Source of the DNA: Candidatus Kapaibacterium sp.
GTDB taxonomy: Bacteria > Bacteroidota > Ignavibacteria > Palsa-1295
DNA: 64,000 nt
Direction: 5' to 3'
Assembly (NCBI GenBank): GCA_038210275.1
Contig: JBBQWV010000016.1
Span: 5,447-69,446 of the forward strand
In this document: positions 26,702 through 35,697 of the stretch, piece after piece
Layout of the letters: every line of letters begins with the position of its first letter
Position numbering within the stretch: the stretch's first letter is position 1
Notes under the pieces: model-generated
Seen by the model: the letters and a program-made list of their open reading frames with translations, nothing else
What the model was told of the DNA's origin: nothing
The model's database searches: none
Position numbers and translations under genes: made by a program

Positions 26702-27549
26702 AAAAACTTCACACGATTTGCCTTGCTCTATTTATTCTTGTTCTTTCATCTTCGTGCATTAAGGCGCAGGGAGATTATTCTTCCTACCGTTGGAAAGATC
26801 ATTGGACTCCGACGTGGATGGAAATGCGCGGCTCATTCTTAGAGCCTAATCGTTTTGCAACAGTCTATGATTTCAAACCTGGCTGGCTTCGGCTTGAGGC
26901 GGGATATGGCGGCGAGTTTGTGAGAGTTGATGCAACATCCATAGGTGTCGAAGGACTTATCTGGAGTGGCTTAAAGGCGACTTCCGGTTTTCGCTTCCCG
27001 GTCGAGACGGCAGATTATTTTTTCGGAGCTTATAGTATTTTTCCTTTGCCGATCTTTGGAAGTAACAATAAACCCTGGCGGATGCGTTTTCGGATCGGGC
27101 ATATTTCCTCGCATTATGTTGACGGATTCGATTCTATCGTCGGAGGATCAAGCAGCAGATTCAGCCGCGAATTCATCTCGCTTGAATCGCTTTTCGATGA
27201 AACAATAAAAAATAGCTTCCGCCTTTCTCTTGGAGTAAAATATGTTTTTCATCAAGTGCAGGAGTTCGAGCAAAAACTTCAATTCCCGGCAGTCCTTGAT
27301 TTCATCGTATTCTATGAAGAAGGCAATCAGATCTTTGCAACTCTCAGCACTGCCGCTGGTCCTGCGCTTCCTACCTATAGCGCCGGACTTACTTTTCGGA
27401 CTACAACGTCATGGGGGCGCATTGCAGATCTCTATGCCGAATATCACACAGGCAGAACCCGCTACGGTGTCGAAGGCAGTCTGAGGCAAGATGGCTACGA
27501 ATTAGGAATCCGTATCGGAGCATCGAAGGAATTGGAGAAAGTTAATTAG
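26698..27549 (+). CDS. Hypothetical lipoprotein / outer-membrane β-barrel-like protein. True start 26698 (MKKLHTICLALFILVLSSSC); the 26593 start in the ORF track is an in-frame artefact overlapping the GT2 gene
   Basis: ATGA start/stop overlap with the GT2 gene. Lipobox LSSS|C. Alternating hydrophobic β-strand-like pattern with abundant aromatics. Confidence 0.5.
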   Translation: MKKLHTICLALFILVLSSSCIKAQGDYSSYRWKDHWTPTWMEMRGSFLEPNRFATVYDFKPGWLRLEAGYGGEFVRVDATSIGVEGLIWSGLKATSGFRFPVETADYFFGAYSIFPLPIFGSNNKPWRMRFRIGHISSHYVDGFDSIVGGSSSRFSREFISLESLFDETIKNSFRLSLGVKYVFHQVQEFEQKLQFPAVLDFIVFYEEGNQIFATLSTAAGPALPTYSAGLTFRTTTSWGRIADLYAEYHTGRTRYGVEGSLRQDGYELGIRIGASKELEKVN

Positions 27550-27636
27550 ATATAACTATAATTTTATTTGGAATTCTCACCGGAGTTCTCATTCAAATAA
27601 TATTGTTGTAATAGCTTAGCTAAATTTTACAATAAT

Positions 27637-28635
27637 TTGACACTGAGACTTGAACGGCTTTTTGGGAAGCAGCGCATTTGGCTTCATTTTTCACTTTTTA
27701 TTCTGACGCTTTACACGACTACTCTTGCCGGAGTTGCTTGGAGCGGGCATGATCCATTCGAGCTTTCGAATATGGGTTATGGTATTGAGTATGCGCTGCT
27801 GCTTTTGCTATTTCTCTCCGCGCATGAATTCGGTCATTTTATAGCAGCGCGAATTCACGGAGTTGATGTGACGCTTCCATACTACATCCCCTTTCCCGGT
27901 GCGATGCTTGGCATGATGCCGAATTTTGGTACATTCGGTGCAGTGATCCGCACCCGTCAGCGTATTCCAAGCCGTTCGATTATTTTTGATATCGGTGTTG
28001 CCGGTCCTATCGCAGGATTCATTGTCTGCCTCATTATTCTTGCCGTCGGTTTTGCAACGTTGCCCGGCATTGAGTATTTGCAAGCTATTAATCCTGACTA
28101 TCCGCTCGTGCATGTTCCTACAGGAAGTAATCTGTTCTTCGGAAAAACGATTCTTTATTCCTTCATGGAAAAAGTTTTTGCAAATCATACCGGCTATATT
28201 CCTCCAATGTCGGAGATGTATCACTATCCGATGCTTTGCGCGGGTTGGTTCGGCCTATTCGTTACGGCGCTGAATCTTCTTCCTGTTGGTCAGCTTGATG
28301 GCGGACATCTGATATACGGATTATTTCCAAGACGCATTCATCGCATTATTGGTATAGTCACAGTATCTGCTCTTGCATTGATTTCAATTCCTGAACTCAT
28401 CCTCAGTCTTGCTGGAGATAAGCTACCGCACTATTTTGACTGGCTTGAGAAGGTGGCCATTCCCGGCGGTTCGTCATGGATATTTTGGGTGGTGATGATT
28501 CTTTTTATTATAAAGCTTCGACATCCAGCCGCAATTGATGAGTCACCGATGGATATGAAGCGCAAGATCATCGGCGTTCTGACCATAATAATTTTCATCC
28601 TTTCATTTACTCCGTCGCCAATTGTTTTGGAATAA
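27637..28635 (+). CDS. Site-2 protease family (peptidase M50) membrane metalloprotease
   Basis: HEFGHF zinc motif in a TM helix, and downstream LNLLPVGQLDGGH (the second M50 zinc-ligand motif). Multiple TM helices. Confidence 0.85.
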   Translation: MTLRLERLFGKQRIWLHFSLFILTLYTTTLAGVAWSGHDPFELSNMGYGIEYALLLLLFLSAHEFGHFIAARIHGVDVTLPYYIPFPGAMLGMMPNFGTFGAVIRTRQRIPSRSIIFDIGVAGPIAGFIVCLIILAVGFATLPGIEYLQAINPDYPLVHVPTGSNLFFGKTILYSFMEKVFANHTGYIPPMSEMYHYPMLCAGWFGLFVTALNLLPVGQLDGGHLIYGLFPRRIHRIIGIVTVSALALISIPELILSLAGDKLPHYFDWLEKVAIPGGSSWIFWVVMILFIIKLRHPAAIDESPMDMKRKIIGVLTIIIFILSFTPSPIVLE

Positions 28636-30310
28636 AATTAAAGCTCACACGCCGGAAATATTTCTGCTGGGATCAGTAGCGATCTTGCAGTTCTTTCGTC
28701 TCGGCATCGGGGAAATCCAACCGTGGGATGAATCGCTCTATCTCGTTCGCGTCGAAGCTATCCAGAAATTTGGAGGCTGGCTTGACCAAACACAATACGC
28801 CATTGGTGGTCTCTATTCTTCAACTCATCCGCCCCTTGCGATCTGGATGATGACCCTTATGCGAATGACATTTGGAAATAGTGTTTTCGTCTCGAGGATG
28901 ATAGCAGCAATAGCCGGAGTGTTCGCAATATTTTTCTTTTATAGACTTGCCTGCCGCTTTTTTTCTCGATGGACTTCTCTTCTTTCTGCAGTTATTCTTG
29001 GTTCTGCTCAGTTATTTGTATGGTATAGCCATCATGCGCAGCTTGATATTCCGATGTTCGCATTTATTATTGCTGCTGCATATTACGCTGTTCTCGCGTT
29101 TGAAGTGGGTGGTCGTTCAAAATATTTAATCATTGCCGGAGTTCTCTTTGGCTGCGCTCTTTCGACGAAAGCAGTACAAGGTCTCTATCTTCTTCCGTTT
29201 ATTATTTCACTACCCTACATCTATCAATCGGAAAAACCTTTTCAAAAACTTACCATTTTTTTTAGTATAACATTTCTCATCGCTGCGCCATGGTATATTT
29301 ATATGTTGATCCAACACCCTGATTTCTATAATGATTATTCAGGGTTAGTAGGAGCAATTAAAACCGGTTCGTATGCAAAGGAATTAACGTCTCAGTGGTG
29401 GTATTATCTCAACCAACTGATTATTAATTTCCCTTTCCTCATCCTTGGAGTGATGGCTATTCCACCGATTATTCGAAAATGGAAAATGCAGAATACTCCT
29501 CGTATTCGTATGTCGCTCATCGTTGTTATATGGTTTTCCGGAATGGTTATTTTTATGTCAAGCTTTCATACGCGTTTTTCACATTTCGCTTTGTTTTTAT
29601 TCTTACCTGCCGCACTTCTCGTTTGTTTTTTTATTGAGGAAGTATGTACTTCACTCAATAAAAATAGAAGTCTTGCAATCTCTATACTTCTTCTTCTACC
29701 TATCCTCGCTTGGAGCGGCAGTGAATTAATTCGCAAAGCGATCAAAGAGCATACTATAATTTCTTTACATAATATTCTGATTCCAGTTGCTGCAATACTA
29801 ATAGTAGTTCTGATTGCAAGTGTTATTTTCTATAAATACTACTCTTCATCAAAAGAAACTGTCTTGCTCTTTGCATCAGTTATATTATTGATTTGCACGG
29901 ATTATTATAGGTGGGGAAGTCGCAAAAACGAAATTTATATTGATGGAGCTGAGCAGGCAGCAAATATCATATTACACTCCCCAAATATTCATTCACTAAC
30001 CGCATATCACGACGGTACTCCGCATGAATCAATGCTTCCACAACTTAACTACTATTCTGAAGGTATTCTTTTTGGTTGGAATCCGAATATCATCAACGGG
30101 ACTAAAACGTGGGGTGAGATAGATTCTCTTATCAAAAATGACACAGTTCCAAAATCAGATGCTGCGATCGTGTATGTTTCTTGGAGTCCTTTCTATACTC
30201 CGACAGATGAAGAGAATACGTTGTTATCACGAATCAATCAGGGGCTAAGTGCGAAGTATCAAAATTATTTGGACTGCAAAAAATATAAATTATATTGGGA
30301 CCCAAAATAA
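28622..30310 (+). CDS. ArnT/PMT-like (GT39/GT83-fold) membrane glycosyltransferase family protein
   Basis: Polytopic N-terminal half with a first-periplasmic-loop-like sequence (EIQPWDESLYLVRVEAIQKFGGW...STHPPLAIWMM), plus a large C-terminal soluble domain. Architecture is typical of undecaprenyl-/dolichyl-phosphate-sugar-dependent glycosyltransferases. Confidence 0.65.
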   Translation: MFWNKIKAHTPEIFLLGSVAILQFFRLGIGEIQPWDESLYLVRVEAIQKFGGWLDQTQYAIGGLYSSTHPPLAIWMMTLMRMTFGNSVFVSRMIAAIAGVFAIFFFYRLACRFFSRWTSLLSAVILGSAQLFVWYSHHAQLDIPMFAFIIAAAYYAVLAFEVGGRSKYLIIAGVLFGCALSTKAVQGLYLLPFIISLPYIYQSEKPFQKLTIFFSITFLIAAPWYIYMLIQHPDFYNDYSGLVGAIKTGSYAKELTSQWWYYLNQLIINFPFLILGVMAIPPIIRKWKMQNTPRIRMSLIVVIWFSGMVIFMSSFHTRFSHFALFLFLPAALLVCFFIEEVCTSLNKNRSLAISILLLLPILAWSGSELIRKAIKEHTIISLHNILIPVAAILIVVLIASVIFYKYYSSSKETVLLFASVILLICTDYYRWGSRKNEIYIDGAEQAANIILHSPNIHSLTAYHDGTPHESMLPQLNYYSEGILFGWNPNIINGTKTWGEIDSLIKNDTVPKSDAAIVYVSWSPFYTPTDEENTLLSRINQGLSAKYQNYLDCKKYKLYWDPK

Positions 30311-31519
30311 TTATTTGTCACAGTGAACGATGGTCGTACTGTAGTTTGTCCCGTCATATTCCTCCGAAAGCATGACTGCAACACCATCTCTGACTTTCTC
30401 AAAAGGGATGCTGCTGATCTGTTCCCCCTTTTTCGGGAGAATAACGTATGAGGGGACCATGAAAGGCAGCCATTCACCTGCTGATAGAAAGAATGCTACA
30501 ATAGGTTTGTTCTCTGCACTTGTCAAATGCACGATTGATGTATCTGGAGTAATGACTACTGATGAGTTGCGAATGAGTACGATCATTGCCTGAATATCGG
30601 GAGTCGAAAAATATCGCACCCGCTGAATATTGCTCTTTATTAAAATCTCTTCAGTCACTTCTTTATTTTCTGGTAAAGAAGTAATCATTATTACAAACTG
30701 TGGGTATTGATCGGAAATAAATTTAGCAAGTGCAATATTGTTTGCCATTGTCCATTTCTTAAATGCAGGAGCATCAATATTGAGAACTATATATTTCTCA
30801 CACCTTGTATCGGCAAGAATATTCTTGATTCGGTTGTGTACTTCTGCCTCAATATCTCCGTCAATAATAAGTGAAGGACGTTCAACATTCGCATCAGGAA
30901 TTTTTATTACTGCACGCAAAAGATATTGAAGCTGAGCAGTCATCGGCATCTCGTTCATTGGCTGGGGAAGCTGAACAAGTTTTGTGAAAAGTTTTTGGTG
31001 CCCTTCTATATTTTTAGAGCCGACTGTAGCGGTAATGCCCTTTGGAGAAGCGAGACGCGAAATAATAGAGTTGCGTGTTTTTTGATTGAAGTTGCCCATC
31101 AGAACTACATCCCAGTGTTGTTTGCGTGTCTCTTGGGAAATTTCGAAGAAATCTCGTAACGATGAAGCGGTATAGTCATAGAGAAAATCAATGTCTGTAT
31201 CGTCGCGAAGAAGATCGAGATTTTTGAAACTTCCGGCGACTCCGATCTTTATCGAAGGTTTAAATCTTTTCAGAATGCGCCAGAGGGGTGTGGTAACGAT
31301 CATGTCGCCAAGTGCATCATATCGGATTATAAGTACGCTTGAAACTTGTGCGAGTGGAATTGGATCGGTTATCGGATGAATTTTAAGGAGTTTTCCAAGA
31401 AGTCTGAGGAATAAAATCTTGTTGAATTTTTCTACTCTTCGTACCACTTCTTTATACCATGGAATTCCATTCGCATATTCTTTTTGAGGGCGGTATTTAT
31501 AATGCTGTGGCTGTGGCAC
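30311..31519 (-). CDS. Glycosyltransferase family 9 (LPS heptosyltransferase-like)
   Basis: VLIIRYDALGDMIVTTPLWRILKRFKPSIKIGVAGS is the typical GT9 N-terminal motif. C-terminal region ...IVHLTSAENKPIVAFF... Confidence 0.7.
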   Translation of the reverse strand: MPQPQHYKYRPQKEYANGIPWYKEVVRRVEKFNKILFLRLLGKLLKIHPITDPIPLAQVSSVLIIRYDALGDMIVTTPLWRILKRFKPSIKIGVAGSFKNLDLLRDDTDIDFLYDYTASSLRDFFEISQETRKQHWDVVLMGNFNQKTRNSIISRLASPKGITATVGSKNIEGHQKLFTKLVQLPQPMNEMPMTAQLQYLLRAVIKIPDANVERPSLIIDGDIEAEVHNRIKNILADTRCEKYIVLNIDAPAFKKWTMANNIALAKFISDQYPQFVIMITSLPENKEVTEEILIKSNIQRVRYFSTPDIQAMIVLIRNSSVVITPDTSIVHLTSAENKPIVAFFLSAGEWLPFMVPSYVILPKKGEQISSIPFEKVRDGVAVMLSEEYDGTNYSTTIVHCDK

Positions 31520-31529
31520 AATGATATAT

Positions 31530-33392
31530 TTAGGATGGAATTTGCACTAATCCTTCGGTGGCGGCTCTCATCTGAATCGTATAAAGCCGGTGATAAACGC
31601 CTTCACCACTTTCAAGTAACTCATCATGTGTACCTATCTCAACGATCTTTCCTTTATCAAAAACTGCAATGCGGTCAGCTTTCTGAATTGTAGAAAGCCG
31701 ATGCGCAATAACGACGGCTGTTCGTTGTTGCAACAGTCTATCTATTGCTTCTTGAACAAGCATTTCATTCTCCGTATCGAGTGCGCTTGTCGCTTCATCG
31801 AAAATAAGAATAGGTGGATTCTTTAGCAGCGCTCTTGCAATCGCGATACGTTGGCGCTGTCCGCCGGATAAGCGTACACCGCGATCACCGGTAACAGTAT
31901 TATAGCCCTTCGGCATCGAAAGAATAAAATCATGAGCATTAGCTGCTCGTGCAGCTTCGTGGATCATCTCAGGAGTTGCACTTCTATTTCCGTATGCAAT
32001 ATTATTATATATGGTGTCGTGAAAGAGAATCGTATCCTGAGTAACGATACCAAAAAGTTTTCGAAGACTGACAAGATCGTAATCTTTAATATCAAATCCA
32101 CCGAGGACAATTTTTCCACCGGTCGGATCATAAAAGCGAGCAAGGAGATCAACGAAAGTTGTTTTTCCGGCACCTGATGGACCGACAAGCGCGAGCACTT
32201 CATTTGGCTGAATGTCAATCGAAATATTATCTATCGCTTCTTCATTTGAATTATTATATTTGAAACTGACATCACCGAATTGAATCGATGATGTAATCTT
32301 CTCCGGAGCCTCAAGAATTCCAGGCATCACCGTAGGAAGAGCATCAAGAACAGAAAAAACATTTTCCGAAGCAGCAGAGCCTTCATGAAGTTTACCAACT
32401 ACCTCACTCAAGGCACGAACTGGTTGCATAAGCGCGATCAGCGCAATAAGAAAAAAGAAAAGATCGCTGCCTTGCATTCTGTTTGCAAAAACTTCACGCC
32501 CGCCGAACCAGAGAATTCCGATAAATCCGAGAATTGCAAGCGTCTCATTGAGCGGACTAATGATCTGACGTATCCGCGCTAATCTTCTTGAAAAAACAAA
32601 ATGCTTCCGGGTCTCTTCTTTGAAACGCTCAACTTCATAGTGCTCCATCCCAAAGGACTTCACAACTTTGATGCCTGTAATCATTTCCTGCGCAACACTT
32701 AAGAACCCGCCGATATTCTCCTGAACCTTGTGCGCATATTTTTTAAGTGTCTTGCCGAGAATATTAATGAGGAGAATGCTTGTAACGGCTATGCCAATAC
32801 CAATAAATGCAAGATTCGCATTGATCCAAAATAATGTAATGAGAAATCCTAAAGCAGTAATAGGTTCGCGAATGAGGGTCGTCAAGCTGGAGGTGATCGT
32901 CCCATTCGTTACTCCGACATCATCCGTGACGCGCTGCAATAATTGACCAGTGCGACGATCATAATAATAATCGAGCGAAAGTGTCGCGAGTTTTTCGAAC
33001 ACCATATCGCGCAGTGTCTTGCTCATCCCGCCCTCGACAAGAGCCATGAAATAATTTCCAAAATATTGGAAAATATTTTTCAGCCCATACGCAAGAAAAA
33101 TAAAAAGGCAAACTCGCAGAAGCGCTTCTTCGTTTGTTCCTTCGAGGAAGTAACCTTTAAATGAATCAAGAAGAGCTTGTTTGCTCGGGAGAATATTAGT
33201 GATTGGCAGTCCGGGCTTCGCAGATGTTGCAGTATTAGTTACACCGAGCAATACCTGCATTGCCGGAATAAGTGCGACAAAGACAACGACGTTAAAAAAT
33301 GCGCTGAAAGAATTTAGGATAACGGCAGCAGTAAACTTCAGCCGAAACGGCTTTGAGTAGGGAAGCAGACGTTTGTAGTTGCTGAATATCAT
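31530..33392 (-). CDS. ABC transporter permease/ATP-binding protein, MsbA-like lipid exporter
   Basis: N-terminal 6-TM domain, then Walker A (GPSGAGKTT), ABC signature (LSGGQRQRIAIARALLKNPPILIFDEATSALD), Walker B and H-loop (VIAHRLSTI). Confidence 0.9.
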   Translation of the reverse strand: MIFSNYKRLLPYSKPFRLKFTAAVILNSFSAFFNVVVFVALIPAMQVLLGVTNTATSAKPGLPITNILPSKQALLDSFKGYFLEGTNEEALLRVCLFIFLAYGLKNIFQYFGNYFMALVEGGMSKTLRDMVFEKLATLSLDYYYDRRTGQLLQRVTDDVGVTNGTITSSLTTLIREPITALGFLITLFWINANLAFIGIGIAVTSILLINILGKTLKKYAHKVQENIGGFLSVAQEMITGIKVVKSFGMEHYEVERFKEETRKHFVFSRRLARIRQIISPLNETLAILGFIGILWFGGREVFANRMQGSDLFFFLIALIALMQPVRALSEVVGKLHEGSAASENVFSVLDALPTVMPGILEAPEKITSSIQFGDVSFKYNNSNEEAIDNISIDIQPNEVLALVGPSGAGKTTFVDLLARFYDPTGGKIVLGGFDIKDYDLVSLRKLFGIVTQDTILFHDTIYNNIAYGNRSATPEMIHEAARAANAHDFILSMPKGYNTVTGDRGVRLSGGQRQRIAIARALLKNPPILIFDEATSALDTENEMLVQEAIDRLLQQRTAVVIAHRLSTIQKADRIAVFDKGKIVEIGTHDELLESGEGVYHRLYTIQMRAATEGLVQIPS

Positions 33393-34495
33393 GCTGTTAA
33401 TACTCTCTCATTTAATCGAGGTTTCACTTTCTCGATCAATTTTACTAGATGTTCAATGATGTTGTTTGCTTCGAGAGAATCAAGAGACGGTTCTTGAATT
33501 ATCATTTCGTAAGGAACACCGATTGGTGTCCAATAATGCAATTCCGGAGGAAAGGGAGCATATAAGCCGACAACAGGAATGCCATAGGCAGAACATAGAT
33601 GCAGCGCCGATGTATCAGGTGTGATAATATATTCACACGATCTGATCTGCTTTACATATTCAATAAAATTTTGTGTTGCAGGAGCGAGAGAAATTCGTGT
33701 ATCATTTGTTCGGCTGAGAATATCTTCAGCCAATGCACGGTCTTTCGGATGAAAAAGTATTTTTACTTCCGAAGCATATCCTGCCCCAATAATTTTATTT
33801 GCTGTCTCAGCATTTATCTGTGCAGGAACATATCGGCTCTGCGCACCTGCGGAAATAACAAGCCCGATTCTTCCTTCGATTTTTTGTGAGGAAATATCTT
33901 TGAGTTGCGGACGAAGTGAGACTACCTCCGGATCAATGCCGAATGGTCTGAGAAGTTCAATAAGCCGTCTCGCAATATGAAATTTTGCTCTGTCAATAAG
34001 CGGCACGGTTACATTATACGATGAAGAATTTGCTTTCTCGATACCTACAGAAGATCGTGCAGCAATTATTGCTGTTAATATGCTGGAAGTGGACGACGGG
34101 TTATCCATCAGATCGACCAATACATCTATCTTACGTCTGCGAAGTCCCAGTAGCATTTCAATATCAGCGATAGGGCTCTTTCTATAGATGAGAGTTTCAC
34201 ATGGGATAGGGAGCAGTTCTGCAATGCCTTTATTATTTTCTCCCAGAAGCACAATGAAATGTGCGTTCGGATATTTTTTATATATCTCAGTAAATACGGG
34301 GGTCGAGACTATGGCATCACCAAGCCGATCTTGTCTGAGGAAAAGTATTGTCGGGTTATCAGGAAGTTCGAGGGGAAGTGATGGTGACAGCGATCCTTTT
34401 TTTAAGCGAGTTCTCAGTTGGAGGGAAGCGATGAAGGCCCGCCTGATGGCGATCTCTACTTTCTTAAGAGCTTTGCTGAGTGTTGACTCTTTCAC
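33389..34495 (-). CDS. Glycosyltransferase family 9 (LPS heptosyltransferase-like)
   Basis: ILFLRQDRLGDAIVSTPVFTEIYKKYPNAHFIVL is the GT9 N-terminal motif. ...ITPDTSALHLCSAYGIPVVGLY is the GT9 C-terminal motif. It overlaps the msbA-like stop by 4 nt. Confidence 0.75.
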   Translation of the reverse strand: MKESTLSKALKKVEIAIRRAFIASLQLRTRLKKGSLSPSLPLELPDNPTILFLRQDRLGDAIVSTPVFTEIYKKYPNAHFIVLLGENNKGIAELLPIPCETLIYRKSPIADIEMLLGLRRRKIDVLVDLMDNPSSTSSILTAIIAARSSVGIEKANSSSYNVTVPLIDRAKFHIARRLIELLRPFGIDPEVVSLRPQLKDISSQKIEGRIGLVISAGAQSRYVPAQINAETANKIIGAGYASEVKILFHPKDRALAEDILSRTNDTRISLAPATQNFIEYVKQIRSCEYIITPDTSALHLCSAYGIPVVGLYAPFPPELHYWTPIGVPYEMIIQEPSLDSLEANNIIEHLVKLIEKVKPRLNERVLTA

Positions 34496-34567
34496 TGTTT
34501 CCCAAATTCCTTTAAACAGAAAAAGTCGTTCACCTTAGCGAACGACTTTTCTCTAAGGTCACTTCGT

Positions 34568-34789
34568 TTAGCGAACGGTCTGATTCTTGAAGGCTCCGAA
34601 ACCTTTTTTATCAAGCGTGCGGAATGCACGTGCCGTTGCCTTTATCGTGATGAATCGATTCGTCTGCGGATCCCAAATGCGCTTTGTTTGCAAATTAGGA
34701 AGGAATCTTGTTTTTGAGCGGTTCACAGCATGCGAGACGTTATTACCTGCATGTGGTTTTACTCCGGTTAGTTCACAAACTCTTGCCAT
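34568..34789 (-). CDS. rpmB: 50S ribosomal protein L28
   Basis: MARVCELTGVKPHAGNNVSHAVNRSKTRFLPNLQTKRIW... aligns along its length to bacterial L28 (compare [33 protein letters not shown]). Confidence 0.9.
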   Translation of the reverse strand: MARVCELTGVKPHAGNNVSHAVNRSKTRFLPNLQTKRIWDPQTNRFITIKATARAFRTLDKKGFGAFKNQTVR

Positions 34790-34810
34790 TGTTGTATTTC
34801 TGATTTAAAA

Positions 34811-35122
34811 TTATTTTAAGCCGCCTGCTACGAATGGAAGCAATGCAAGATGTCTTGCATGCTTGATCGAGCTTTCGATCTTGCGCTGATACTTTGCGCT
34901 TACACCGGTGATACGATTAGGAAGGATCTTGCCACGATCATTCAAGAAACGTTCGAGGATACGAATATCCCTGTAATCAACATACGTAATATTACGTAGT
35001 TTCAGCGGATCAACTTTCTTCTTATTCGGATCGCGTTTCTGACGGTTATTTGCTCCGTACTGTCCCGGACGCTGGTTTCCTGCGTCGCGTCCTGTCGTTG
35101 CCGATTTCTTTTTTGGTGGCAT
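34811..35122 (-). CDS. rpsR: 30S ribosomal protein S18
   Basis: ...[51 protein letters not shown] matches the S18 core (DYKD...L..FI.E.GKI.P.RITG..AK.QR.L..AIKRAR.LALLPY). Confidence 0.9.
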   Translation of the reverse strand: MPPKKKSATTGRDAGNQRPGQYGANNRQKRDPNKKKVDPLKLRNITYVDYRDIRILERFLNDRGKILPNRITGVSAKYQRKIESSIKHARHLALLPFVAGGLK

Positions 35123-35164
35123 TATCTAAAAAATATTTCTTACGTAAATTCTTGTAAACTTGAA

Positions 35165-35368
35165 TTAAAGAATGATCGAGTCTCCGCCGCCTTCCGGCTC
35201 TGCGAGACGAGTGATCCTATCTTCAAAGAAGTACTCAGATCCCTTTTTTGCGATACCGATAAAACGCACCGGTATGAGTTTTGCTTTCTTCCCAAGCTGC
35301 GGGACGAACTCAACACGATCAACCGATTGCTTCTTTGTCTTATCTCCGAATGTCTGTTGTTTTGCCAT
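35165..35368 (-). CDS. Small basic hypothetical protein at the head of the rpsR-rpmB operon
   Basis: 67 aa, MAKQQTFGDKTKKQ...IGIAKKGSEYFFEDRI... No confident family match; faint resemblance to short DUF4295-type proteins found beside rpmB/rpmG in Bacteroidota. It lies co-directional immediately upstream of rpsR. Confidence 0.35.
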   Translation of the reverse strand: MAKQQTFGDKTKKQSVDRVEFVPQLGKKAKLIPVRFIGIAKKGSEYFFEDRITRLAEPEGGGDSIIL

Positions 35369-35697
35369 AACTCTTTGTAATATTAGCAGATAGCGACCAT
35401 GAAAGTTACCACCTTTATAAAAGCCAAGTATAAACAGCCTTAGGGGATGGGAAGTTCAATAAATTTGGGCTTTCGGGGCTTCTGAACCTTGATTAACATG
35501 ATTTAAGAATGATTTTCTGGATTTTTAACCTTGAAAATCGTCGTATTTCAGAAGAGTTAGTAAGTGGGTAAGCAACATATATTGACAAAGTCACCGACCG
35601 AAGAATCTCTAATTTCGGTTACACTGAAGTGTGAGATTCTTCACTTCGTTCAGAATGACAATAAACTCTTTCCCAAAAATCCTTATAAAATCCTGGT

